A stretch of 64,000 nt of DNA. It comes from Synergistota bacterium. GTDB taxonomy: Bacteria > Synergistota > GBS-1. The number at the start of each line of letters is the position of its first letter. Position 1 is the first letter of the stretch. The stretch lies in assembly GCA_025060595.1 (NCBI GenBank), contig JANXBX010000006.1, positions 65,657 through 129,656 of the forward strand, read 5' to 3'. The notes under the pieces were generated by a model, which was given only the letters and a program-made list of their open reading frames with translations, searched no databases and was not told the origin of the DNA. Made by a program: the position numbers and the translations under genes. Below are positions 10,983 through 20,437 of the stretch, one piece after another.

Positions 10983-12040
10983 AAAGATATATGACCCTTT
11001 ACGAGTTTGAGCTTGGGCTTGCAGCAAAAAAGCTCGTTAGAGATATACTTGATGTTCAACCTGATGAAATAGTAGCGATAACAGCAGATACGCTATCCAG
11101 CGAAGCTGTGGCTAACGCCACCGCAAGAGCAGTTTTCGAAGCTGGAGCAAAACCTATGACCATATGGGTTGCCACACCCTTGGGGGTTGGAAAAGCCGCT
11201 GATCCGATGCTTCCTCAAAAAGCCTTAATAGGAGCCTTAAACAATGCAGATGTATGGATAGAGTTTAACTACCAGTGGCTCTTATACTCAACGGTATTTG
11301 ATAGGGTGATTGCGGAAAACAAAAACCTAAGATATATATGCCTTGTGGGAATGAACCCAGATATGATGGTAAGAGTCATAGGAAGGGTGGATATAAAGGT
11401 TTTAGCACAATTCCTAAAAACGATTGCAGAGATAACTATGAAAGGGAAACACGTGAGAGTAACAACACCCGCTGGAACAGATGTGGAATTTGATAATCAC
11501 CCGCAAAGGCCACCTATAGTTCACTCAGGATACATACCTAAAGGGACCTATGGAATGCTACCTGGACAGATAAGCTGGACACCCAAGCTCGAGACTATAA
11601 AAGGGTACATAGTTTTCGATGGCTCCATATATCCACCTATAGGGTTGCTAAAAGAACCTATTAAACTAACCATCGAGAAGGGCAGAATAGTAAAAATAGA
11701 AGGGGGAAGAGAGGCAAGGGAGCTTGAAAGCTGGATCAAAAGCTTTAACGATCCAAACATGTATCAGTTAGCCCACATTTCTTATGGGTTTAATCCGGGA
11801 GCAAAACTTACCGGTGATATAGTTGAAGATGAAAGAGTATGGGGAGCAACCGAATGGGGAATAGGAAACATAGGTCCCAGATTAGTTCCAGATATACCAG
11901 GAGGGGTACCTGCAGCCTCCCATACCGATGGAATATGCTTAAATTCATCAGTATGGATCGATGGAGTTCAAATAACAGATAAAGGGGTCGTAGTAAACCC
12001 ACCTGAGCTTGTTGAACTTGCAAAAAGGATAAAGAAATAG
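10979..12040 (+). CDS. Second M29-like (leucyl aminopeptidase-type) metalloenzyme
   Basis: AHISYGFNPGA, EDERVWG, HTDGICL metal-ligand pattern. Confidence 0.7.
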   Translation: MKRYMTLYEFELGLAAKKLVRDILDVQPDEIVAITADTLSSEAVANATARAVFEAGAKPMTIWVATPLGVGKAADPMLPQKALIGALNNADVWIEFNYQWLLYSTVFDRVIAENKNLRYICLVGMNPDMMVRVIGRVDIKVLAQFLKTIAEITMKGKHVRVTTPAGTDVEFDNHPQRPPIVHSGYIPKGTYGMLPGQISWTPKLETIKGYIVFDGSIYPPIGLLKEPIKLTIEKGRIVKIEGGREARELESWIKSFNDPNMYQLAHISYGFNPGAKLTGDIVEDERVWGATEWGIGNIGPRLVPDIPGGVPAASHTDGICLNSSVWIDGVQITDKGVVVNPPELVELAKRIKK

Positions 12041-12085
12041 AAAATTACCTTCAAATCAGATTAAAATTAGATACCAAGTATGTTA

Positions 12086-12114
12086 TAGGGCTCCAGTATT
12101 ATACTGGAGCCCTA
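12086..12114 (+). terminator. Stem-loop after the DUF917/OPT operon
   Basis: TAGGGCTCCAGTAT-T-ATACTGGAGCCCTA, 14-bp arms; weak U-tract. Confidence 0.55.
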
Positions 12115-12150
12115 ATAGTCATAAGTTTTAAAATTAATGGAGTGTAAAAA

Positions 12151-14226
12151 GTGAGAACATATAAAAAGCTATCCCTCATTGGACTTGATTGCCCTAACTG
12201 TGCAGTAAAAATCGAAAAGGATGTAAAGGGCATAAAGGGAGTTAAAGATGCGATAGTATCCTTAAGCTCTCAAAAACTAACCTTAACGATAGAGGAGGAA
12301 AGTAGCTGGCCAGACATCTTAAATCAGGTAAAGCTTGTGGTTAATAAGTACGATACAAACATAAAAGTCTTAGAAAAGGACCTTGAAGATAAACATAAGA
12401 TAACTAAAGAGATTATAAAACTAGCTTTAGGAACCTCTCCCTTTGTGATAGCTTTTCTCGCTAATGGCAGCTTAAAGCAGGCGCTATTTATCCTTTCCTA
12501 TATTGCAATTGGACACAGCGTGCTTTTAAAGGCATTTAAAAATATACTAAGCGGCCAAGTATTCGACGAAAACCTGTTAATGTCAATTGCCACCTCTGGA
12601 GCGCTTTTGATAGGTGAGGTGCCTGAAGCAATTTCCGTAATGCTCTTTTATAAGATAGGCGAGCTTTTGCAAAACATAGCAGTAGAAAACTCAAGAAGAT
12701 CTATAACCGCATTATTGGACCTGCGTCCGGAGTTTGCAAACTTACTAATTGGAAACGAAACGAAAAAAACTAAAGCAGAAGCGATAAAGATAGGAGACAC
12801 AATAATTGTGAGACCGGGGGAGAGAATCCCGCTTGATGGCATAGTCATAGAGGGAAGCTCAAGCGTTGACACATCTACTATTACAGGGGAATCTATGCCG
12901 AGAAGCGTAACAGTTGGAAACGAGGTTTTAGCGGGATTTATAAATCTAGATGGCCTGTTAAAGATAAAGGTAACCAAGGAGTTCAAGGAATCGACGATTA
13001 GTAAGATCTTAGAGCTAGTTGAAAATGCAAGTGCCAGAAAGGCAAGAACCGAAAACTTTATCACTAAGTTTGCAAGGTTTTACACACCTATTGTCATTCT
13101 CCTGGCTCTACTTATAGCTTTAATCCCGCCTATGGCGTTCGGACGACCCTTCTCCCTATGGATATATAGAGCTTTGGTTTTCTTAGTAGTCTCATGCCCA
13201 TGTGCACTGCTAATATCGATACCCCTTGGCTTCTTTGCAGGAATCGGATCAGCTTCAAGGAATGGCATTCTGATGAAAGGAAGTAACTACTTAGAAGCCT
13301 TAAACGACGTTAATACGATAATCTTCGATAAGACCGGAACCTTAACCATGGGAAGATTTAAAATAAAAAACATATGGTCAGCTAAAGGATACGAAAGAGA
13401 AGATATCCTTAATTATGCAGCCCATGCAGAGTTCTACTCTAATCATCCCATAGCCCAATCAATTTTAAACGAATACAGCAATATAGACGAAACTAAGATA
13501 AAGGAGTACAGAGAAATACCCGGCTTTGGGGTAGAAGCGAAAATAAACGATAAAAGAGTTCTAGTAGGAAATGCTAAACTGTTATCGGATAGAGGAATAG
13601 ATATTGATAAAGAAATCGAAACAGAAACGGGAGTTTACGTAGCCATCAACGATAAGCTTGCAGGATACATCACCTTTGAAGATGAGATAAAGAAAGACGC
13701 AAAGGAAACGATCGACCGCCTAAAGGAAATCGGAATTAAAACCGTACTTTTCACAGGGGATCATAAGAATGCAGCGAAATACGTTGCAGAAAGCCTAGGG
13801 ATAGACGAATTTTACCATGACCTTTTACCCCACCAAAAGGTGGAGAAACTGGAAGAATTAAAAACCAAGAAAAGCAGAGGAAATATAATTTTCGCAGGAG
13901 ATGGCATAAATGATGCAGCAGTCATCGCTAGAGCAGATATAGGCATCGCAATGGGAGCATTAGGACAAGATGCAGCCATCGAAGCTGCAGACGTGGTCAT
14001 CATGAACGATCAAATTAAAAGTATACTTACAGCTATACATATAGCAAGAAAAACCAAAAAGATAGTGTGGCAAAACATCTTCCTTGCCTTATCCATAAAG
14101 TTTCTCGTTTTAATCACGGCCTCGCTAGGAATGGTAAATATGTGGGAAGCGGTCTTTGCGGATGTAGGAGTAGCTCTTATGACAATCTTAAACTCACTGA
14201 GAATAACCAATGAGAATTTCGATTAA
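12151..14226 (+). CDS. cadA: P1B-type Zn/Cd/Pb-translocating ATPase (CadA/ZntA-like)
   Basis: HMA GLDCPNC, TGES, SCPCAL, DKTGTLT, HP, GDGIND, AVFADVG. Confidence 0.9.
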   Translation: MRTYKKLSLIGLDCPNCAVKIEKDVKGIKGVKDAIVSLSSQKLTLTIEEESSWPDILNQVKLVVNKYDTNIKVLEKDLEDKHKITKEIIKLALGTSPFVIAFLANGSLKQALFILSYIAIGHSVLLKAFKNILSGQVFDENLLMSIATSGALLIGEVPEAISVMLFYKIGELLQNIAVENSRRSITALLDLRPEFANLLIGNETKKTKAEAIKIGDTIIVRPGERIPLDGIVIEGSSSVDTSTITGESMPRSVTVGNEVLAGFINLDGLLKIKVTKEFKESTISKILELVENASARKARTENFITKFARFYTPIVILLALLIALIPPMAFGRPFSLWIYRALVFLVVSCPCALLISIPLGFFAGIGSASRNGILMKGSNYLEALNDVNTIIFDKTGTLTMGRFKIKNIWSAKGYEREDILNYAAHAEFYSNHPIAQSILNEYSNIDETKIKEYREIPGFGVEAKINDKRVLVGNAKLLSDRGIDIDKEIETETGVYVAINDKLAGYITFEDEIKKDAKETIDRLKEIGIKTVLFTGDHKNAAKYVAESLGIDEFYHDLLPHQKVEKLEELKTKKSRGNIIFAGDGINDAAVIARADIGIAMGALGQDAAIEAADVVIMNDQIKSILTAIHIARKTKKIVWQNIFLALSIKFLVLITASLGMVNMWEAVFADVGVALMTILNSLRITNENFD

Positions 14227-14255
14227 GAAAGCTTTATAGGCGTATCGCTCGCTTT

Positions 14256-15458
14256 TCAAGGTAAGCTTTCTTCCTTCCTCTTAGCCTCTATGAAAGCCCT
14301 CCTTAATGCCTCTTTAATATCCTTGTCCTTAAGAACCAGAATAGCCATTCTTCCTAAGGCTTTAGCGCCTAAAACTATGGCCTCATGAGCTCTCTCAGAT
14401 TTAGTAAGCTCTGAGAATTCCCTTGTGTGCAGAGGTACCTTCTTTCCAGTTATATCTAAGACAGGTTGAATGGCTGGACATCTATGACTGACATTACCTA
14501 TGTCTGATGAGCCCATAGGACCTGGTGGCTCGGACAGCTCAACCTTAAGATCACGTAATATATCCTCGAAAAGCCTCTCAGCCACCTCATTTGGAAGCAT
14601 GTTATCAAAGCTAAACTCATAGTTTCGCCAAGTCACCTCTGTAGCTGTAGCCAAAGCAGCACCCTTAGCGCAATTAAAGACCTGCTCAACGAGTCTTTTA
14701 AGATAACCCCTCCATGGTGCCCTAAAGTAGAACCTCGCTACAGCCCTTTCCGGGACTATATTAGGAACACTACCACCATCAACTATAACACCATGCATTC
14801 TAACTTCCGGCTTCACATGTTGCCTTAACATATCTATAGCATGAAAGAAAAGCTGAAGACCATTTAAAGCGTTCCTACCCTCCCAAGGAGCTGAAGCAGC
14901 ATGGGAGGATTTCCCCTTAAACTCAAACTCTATGGCATCAAGAGCCAACGAACGATATTTGGCAAAACTTATACCTCCACCCGCATGGATCATCATAGCT
15001 AAGTCCACATCATCAAAAACTCCTCTTTCAGCCATCAAAACTTTGGCCCCGCTCGTTTCCTCAGAAGGAGTACCTATGACTAAAAGCTCCCCTCTTAGCT
15101 CACCCCTTTTAAAGAGTTTTATCAAAGCTATCCCAGCTAATGTGGACATAGCACCATGAACGTTATGACCACAAGCATGACCAATCTCTGGTAAAGCATC
15201 ATACTCCACTAAAAGAACCACCTTAGCACCATCACCATTTTTCACCTTACCGATAAAGGAATAGGGTATACCTATAAATGGCGATTCCATATCAAATCCA
15301 TGTCTTCTAAGAAGATCCATGTGGATCTTACTTGATCTTTCCTCTTCTCCGGAAAGCTCAGGGTTATCCGCAAGGTAATCACTTAAGGCTATGGCCTCCT
15401 GAGCGCTTTCCTCTACTAATCTATCAATCTCGTTAAAAAGCCCTCTGTATTTTTCCAT
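14256..15458 (-). CDS. M20 (ACY1L2-like) amidohydrolase
   Basis: EYDALPEIGHACGHN, GTPSEE, PWEGRNAL, GSSDIGNVS. Confidence 0.9.
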   Translation of the reverse strand: MEKYRGLFNEIDRLVEESAQEAIALSDYLADNPELSGEEERSSKIHMDLLRRHGFDMESPFIGIPYSFIGKVKNGDGAKVVLLVEYDALPEIGHACGHNVHGAMSTLAGIALIKLFKRGELRGELLVIGTPSEETSGAKVLMAERGVFDDVDLAMMIHAGGGISFAKYRSLALDAIEFEFKGKSSHAASAPWEGRNALNGLQLFFHAIDMLRQHVKPEVRMHGVIVDGGSVPNIVPERAVARFYFRAPWRGYLKRLVEQVFNCAKGAALATATEVTWRNYEFSFDNMLPNEVAERLFEDILRDLKVELSEPPGPMGSSDIGNVSHRCPAIQPVLDITGKKVPLHTREFSELTKSERAHEAIVLGAKALGRMAILVLKDKDIKEALRRAFIEAKRKEESLP

Positions 15459-15461
15459 GAT

Positions 15462-16805
15462 TTACCTCCTTATGATCTTCCCTTCTGGCGGTTCTATAAT
15501 TTTCCCATCTTCCACAGAAACCTTTCCATTAACCACAACATACCTTATACCCTTTGGGGAAGCTAATGGCTCCTTAAAGGTAGCCATATCTTTAAACTCC
15601 TTAGGATCAAATATGGTTATATCCGCATAAAAGCCCTCCTTTATCTTTCCTCTATATTCCATGAAGGCATTATCTGCGGGAATCGTTGTAGCATGCCTTA
15701 AAGCCTCTTCCCAACTAAATCCCGCTTCCCTAAGCCACAACAACGCCCTAGGAAAGGCACCAGATGCCCGGGGATGTCCCCAACCACCTCTTATAACAGC
15801 ATCAGAAGCTATAGCACACATGGGGTGAAGGATACAAAGCCTCATCTCATCTTCATTCATAACGTGAGCAACAACCAACGTTTCTGGCGCATTTTGCCTT
15901 AAAAAGCTAAAAAGCTCGGGATCAAGCCTACGCCCCCTGAAACTTCCACTTGCCACCTCTATATATTCTAGCCCCTTACCCCACCTCTCCTCAAACCCAG
16001 GATCGAAAACAGCCGAACCTATGTAGGTACAAAAGGCAGAGTAGGGATAGCTATCGAATCTCAAATCCACACCCTCCGATATCGCTTCCTCAATCAATCT
16101 TAAGGCCTCTTTAGAATAGCCAAAAGCCGTCATACTCCCTAAATGAGATATAATAACTCTCACCTTAACATCTTTAGCTAAAGAAATGGCTTCCTTCACT
16201 GCCTCAATACACCTTGGACCATCATACCTTATATGTATAGAAATGAATCTCCTCTCGAATTCCCTTAAAACCCAAGCTAGACCATATATCTCATCTTTAT
16301 CAACATATGGAGTATATTCAAGACCGAGAGAAAAACCGAAAGAACCATGTCTTAACTCTTCTCTCAATATCTCTCTCATGGCCTCGATCTCAGAGGGACT
16401 GGCACACCTATAAGGATCATTTATACCTATAGACTCCCTTAAGGCTCTATGACCCGTTAAAAAGCCAAGGTTGATATACTTATCTTTCACGACCTTTTCT
16501 ATTTCTCTAACCAAAGCACCAGAGCCGCAGTTTCCAGAAATCCCAGTAGTTACACCTTGAAGAAGGAGCAACTTCTGTACCGTATAAGGATCAGAAGGAT
16601 CCTCATCTACATGCATATGAGTATCTATAAAGCCAGGTGAAACAACAAGACCAGTAGCATCAATAACCCTCTTAGCATTCACCTCGGCTTCTAGATCTGC
16701 AACCTTCTCTATATATACATCTTTTATTAATATAAGAGCAGATTTAAAGGTCTGGGACTCACCATCCCAGACCTTATCTCCCATTATGGCTAAATCATAA
16801 ATCAT
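15462..16805 (-). CDS. N-acyl-D-amino-acid deacylase family amidohydrolase
   Basis: PGFIDTHMH, GNCG, HIR, ISH, ASDA, HPRASGAFPR. Confidence 0.85.
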   Translation of the reverse strand: MIYDLAIMGDKVWDGESQTFKSALILIKDVYIEKVADLEAEVNAKRVIDATGLVVSPGFIDTHMHVDEDPSDPYTVQKLLLLQGVTTGISGNCGSGALVREIEKVVKDKYINLGFLTGHRALRESIGINDPYRCASPSEIEAMREILREELRHGSFGFSLGLEYTPYVDKDEIYGLAWVLREFERRFISIHIRYDGPRCIEAVKEAISLAKDVKVRVIISHLGSMTAFGYSKEALRLIEEAISEGVDLRFDSYPYSAFCTYIGSAVFDPGFEERWGKGLEYIEVASGSFRGRRLDPELFSFLRQNAPETLVVAHVMNEDEMRLCILHPMCAIASDAVIRGGWGHPRASGAFPRALLWLREAGFSWEEALRHATTIPADNAFMEYRGKIKEGFYADITIFDPKEFKDMATFKEPLASPKGIRYVVVNGKVSVEDGKIIEPPEGKIIRR

Positions 16806-16806
16806 G

Positions 16807-18186
16807 TCACTGATATCCTATGAAAGTAGCTATTGCTATAAAAAGCATTTGAACAGGGAATATTAACAGGAAGAAAGGAGTAAAGAACTTCCACCACCTT
16901 TCTATAGGGACCTTAGCTATACTACATATGACCGGGAGAAGAGTCGTAGGCCAAAGGAGATTAGAGAAACCATCTCCATACTGGAAGGCTAAAACAGCAG
17001 TTTGCCTCGTTATGCCAAGCAAGTCAGATAGGGGAGCCATAATAGGCATGGTAACAGAGGCCTGTCCTGAACCAGAAGGTATGAAGAAGTTTATTATTGT
17101 TTGAACAACAAGCATACCCTCAGCTCCAACCCATGGAGGAAGTCCCTCAAGAGGTTTTGACAAACCGTATATAACGGTATCTATTATTCGTCCTTCTCTC
17201 ATAACTATGAGTATCGCTCTTGAGAGTCCTATAACAAGCGCCCCAAAAACTATATCTCTTGCACCTTCAAGGAAGGACTCAGCAATCTTATTAGGAGTAA
17301 AACCAGCTATTAGGGCACAAACAACGCCCATAATTAAAAATAAACCCGCTAACTCATTGAAATACCAACCAAGCTCTATAACTCCCCAAATAAGCAAGCC
17401 CACTGTAAAGATAACAATACCAAAAATTAATTTTTCCCTTAGTGTAAACTCCCTAACTATAAGCTCATCATGCCTTAAGGCTAACACACCCATATCTAAG
17501 CCATACATTAAGCTCTTCTTAGGATCCTTTTTAATTCTTCTGGCATATCTTATGGTCCACCAAACGGCCAAAGTTACAAAGGTAAACCAGCTTACGATCC
17601 TAAAGCCCAAACCTGAAAAGAGCGGTAACTCCGAAAACTTTTGAGCCAAACCAACGGTAAACGGATTCATAAAAGCTGCAGCAAATCCCATACCAACGCC
17701 AAAACAAACCATGCTTAAACCAACTATGGCATCATAACCCATAGCTATAGCGAGTCCAACAAAAAGGGGAACGAAGCCTAAGGCCTCTTCAAACATACCG
17801 AAAACAGATCCGCATAGGGCGAAGAAATACATGAAGACAGGAATCATAAATATCTCTTTGCCCTCAAGCTTTCTCAGCAAGAAACCTATAAAGGAGTGCA
17901 ATGCTCCCGTCTTCAAAACCATATAGAAGGAAGCATAAACGATGAAGACGAAAAATATGACCTCAGCTGCATCTATCATCCCTTTCTGAACGGCAATAAA
18001 GGTTTCAAAGAAACCGACAGGATTAGGATCAACCAGCTTATAGGTTCCAGGAACAACCACAGTCTTATTAGTCTTCGGATCCTTTACCCTATCAAACTCC
18101 CCAGCTGGAAGAGCATAAGTAAGAATAGCAGCTATCACCACTAAGGAAAAGAGCAAAACAAAGGTGTGAGGAACACGGACTCTCAT
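16807..18186 (-). CDS. YfcC/DcuC-like (basic amino acid / C4-dicarboxylate) transporter
   Basis: PHTFVLL, NPFTVGLAQ, PSGSGQA, AFQYGDG. Confidence 0.85.
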   Translation of the reverse strand: MRVRVPHTFVLLFSLVVIAAILTYALPAGEFDRVKDPKTNKTVVVPGTYKLVDPNPVGFFETFIAVQKGMIDAAEVIFFVFIVYASFYMVLKTGALHSFIGFLLRKLEGKEIFMIPVFMYFFALCGSVFGMFEEALGFVPLFVGLAIAMGYDAIVGLSMVCFGVGMGFAAAFMNPFTVGLAQKFSELPLFSGLGFRIVSWFTFVTLAVWWTIRYARRIKKDPKKSLMYGLDMGVLALRHDELIVREFTLREKLIFGIVIFTVGLLIWGVIELGWYFNELAGLFLIMGVVCALIAGFTPNKIAESFLEGARDIVFGALVIGLSRAILIVMREGRIIDTVIYGLSKPLEGLPPWVGAEGMLVVQTIINFFIPSGSGQASVTMPIMAPLSDLLGITRQTAVLAFQYGDGFSNLLWPTTLLPVICSIAKVPIERWWKFFTPFFLLIFPVQMLFIAIATFIGYQ

Positions 18187-18253
18187 CTAAACTTCCCCTC
18201 CTCTCTAAAATAAAATATTTCTGCAAAAATGATAAATTAAAAACTTAGCTATG

Positions 18254-20275
18254 TCAATATATACTATTCTTTGTACCATTTCCCTCCTCTCTCAAAACTT
18301 CAAGAAAAGCTTTAACTACCTTAGGATCAAAAAGCTTTCCGCTTTCTCTTTTTATATAATCGATGGCTTCTTCCCTGCTCCATGCTTTTCTGTAGGGACG
18401 ATCATGTATCAAAGCATCATAAACATCAACTACAGCAAATATCCTCGCTGAAATAGGGATTTCCTCTCCCTTCAAGCCCTTAGGATAACCGCTTCCATCC
18501 CATCTCTCGTGATGATAATAGGGGATTTCTAACGCTGGCCGAAGATACTCTATTTTTGAGAGAAGCTCATAAGCATAAACCGGATGCTTTTTCATTATCT
18601 CCCAATCTTCCTCGCTCAGCTTACCAGGTTTAAATAATATACTATCTGGAATAGCGAGCTTACCTATGTCATGAAGCAACGCCCCTCTTCTTATGTGAAG
18701 GAGAGCTTCCCCGCATATCCCGAGCTTTTTCGCCACTTTAACCGTTAATTCCGTTACCCTCTCGCTATGCCCTTCGGTTTCCCTATCTCGAAGCTCAAGC
18801 ACCTTAGCCAAGCTCTCGATAGTAGCCTCATAAGCTTGAATCAGTTTAAAATTGGTGGTCTCAAGGGATCTTAAAAGCTCAATGTTATCTATAGCTATTG
18901 CCAACTGCCCAGCTAAGGTTTCAAGGAAACTAAGCCACTCCTCATCGACATCAATAAAACTTCTCTTAAAAATTTCTAAAACTCCCAGGACCTTCCCCTT
19001 ACTTATAAGTGGAGCAACAACATAGCTTTTAAAGCCCTCTTCTCTCATAAGCCTTCCCCTAACCGGATCCTCATCCGCGTTTTCTAGCCACAGAACTCGC
19101 TTTTCAAGGATAGCTCTTCCAGCTAATCCTTCCCCCACCCTGATTCGGATCCTCTCCCAATTCCTGGTAGTGAAACCGAAACCACAGCAATTGATCCCCA
19201 ACTCCATAACCCAAGGATCAAGATGAAGCACAGAAGCAGCGTTAACGCCAAGCTGATTTACCACCTCCTCGAGAACAACCTTTATCGTTAACTTTGGATC
19301 TAAGCTACCACTTATCGCCCTATCTATGTTCCTTAAAGCTTGAAGCCTATTAAGCCTCTTTTGAGACTCCTCAAAGAGTCTAGCGCTTTCCAAAGAAGAG
19401 GCAGCAAAGTTAGCAATGGCCTGAAAGACCTCTACTTTTTCTTTCGTAAAGAAGCCTAGCTCCTTAGAGTACAAGGTTAAAACCCCATAGACCTTTTCCT
19501 TACTTATCATAGGGAAAGAGGCAACCGTTTTAATACCGAAGGGCTCAGCCCTATCCCCCCATACCTTGAAGAAAACATCTTTATATATATCCTCTATAAC
19601 CTGAGGAAGACCGCTTCTAATTGCCCTACCAGCGCTACCCATACCATAAGGGCTATCATCCCAGCGTACTATCAGACCATCGAAATAGGGGTGACCTTCA
19701 GGATAATTAGCTAATATCCTTACCCGTCCATCGGGCTCAGCCCAACCTATCAGAGACATATAAGAGCCAAAGTGTTCAACACAGCTTTTAACGACTATTC
19801 TCGCCCTCTTAAGAAAATCTAGATCTTCCAATATAAGCTCTTTAGCCAGGTTATACATATTAGTCATTGAGTTAACATATGTTTTAAGCTCAGTTATATC
19901 CTCTCCAGCGCTTATAATTTCCACTATATTACCAGACTCATCACGTAAAAAGCTATTGTGCCAGGCTATAAGCCTTCTTCTGCCATCCTTAGTAAGTATC
20001 GGATTCTCATTATACTTAACTGGCTCAAGCTCCCCATTAATTAGCTTTTGAAAGACCCTTTCAACATCCTTTCTAATCTCCTGAGGGAGAAAATTATCAA
20101 ACCAGCTCTTACCCAAAATCTCCTCTTCACTACAACCTAAAATCTCACAACCCTTGCGATTGATGAAGGTCACCCTTCCATCCCTATCAAGGGTGAGAAT
20201 GATCACTTGAGCTAAATTTAAAAGAGCCTTTAACTTGTTTAAGTCGCTCCCGTAATCGACCTCACCTCTCATCAA
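18254..20275 (-). CDS. PAS-GAF-GAF-HD-GYP c-di-GMP phosphodiesterase
   Basis: N-terminal PAS (WHNSFLRD), two GAF-like segments, HSERV, LLHDIGK, HHERWDGSGYP. Confidence 0.9.
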   Translation of the reverse strand: MMRGEVDYGSDLNKLKALLNLAQVIILTLDRDGRVTFINRKGCEILGCSEEEILGKSWFDNFLPQEIRKDVERVFQKLINGELEPVKYNENPILTKDGRRRLIAWHNSFLRDESGNIVEIISAGEDITELKTYVNSMTNMYNLAKELILEDLDFLKRARIVVKSCVEHFGSYMSLIGWAEPDGRVRILANYPEGHPYFDGLIVRWDDSPYGMGSAGRAIRSGLPQVIEDIYKDVFFKVWGDRAEPFGIKTVASFPMISKEKVYGVLTLYSKELGFFTKEKVEVFQAIANFAASSLESARLFEESQKRLNRLQALRNIDRAISGSLDPKLTIKVVLEEVVNQLGVNAASVLHLDPWVMELGINCCGFGFTTRNWERIRIRVGEGLAGRAILEKRVLWLENADEDPVRGRLMREEGFKSYVVAPLISKGKVLGVLEIFKRSFIDVDEEWLSFLETLAGQLAIAIDNIELLRSLETTNFKLIQAYEATIESLAKVLELRDRETEGHSERVTELTVKVAKKLGICGEALLHIRRGALLHDIGKLAIPDSILFKPGKLSEEDWEIMKKHPVYAYELLSKIEYLRPALEIPYYHHERWDGSGYPKGLKGEEIPISARIFAVVDVYDALIHDRPYRKAWSREEAIDYIKRESGKLFDPKVVKAFLEVLREEGNGTKNSIY

Positions 20276-20310
20276 GATACCCCCTCATGACATAAAATTT
20301 TAAGAGCTTA

Positions 20311-20339
20311 TTGACAGAAGAAAAAACAAAGATTAAAAT
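20311..20339 (+). promoter_or_regulatory. sigma70 promoter of the MCP gene
   Basis: TTGACA-17 bp-TAAAAT. Confidence 0.7.
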
Positions 20340-20437
20340 CTTCCTGGTCATTTCAACAGAGTTTCAAAATCAAAACAATATAATTTTGGAGATTTCGCAA
20401 CAAATATCTCCAAAACCTTAAAGGAGGTTATTCAGTT

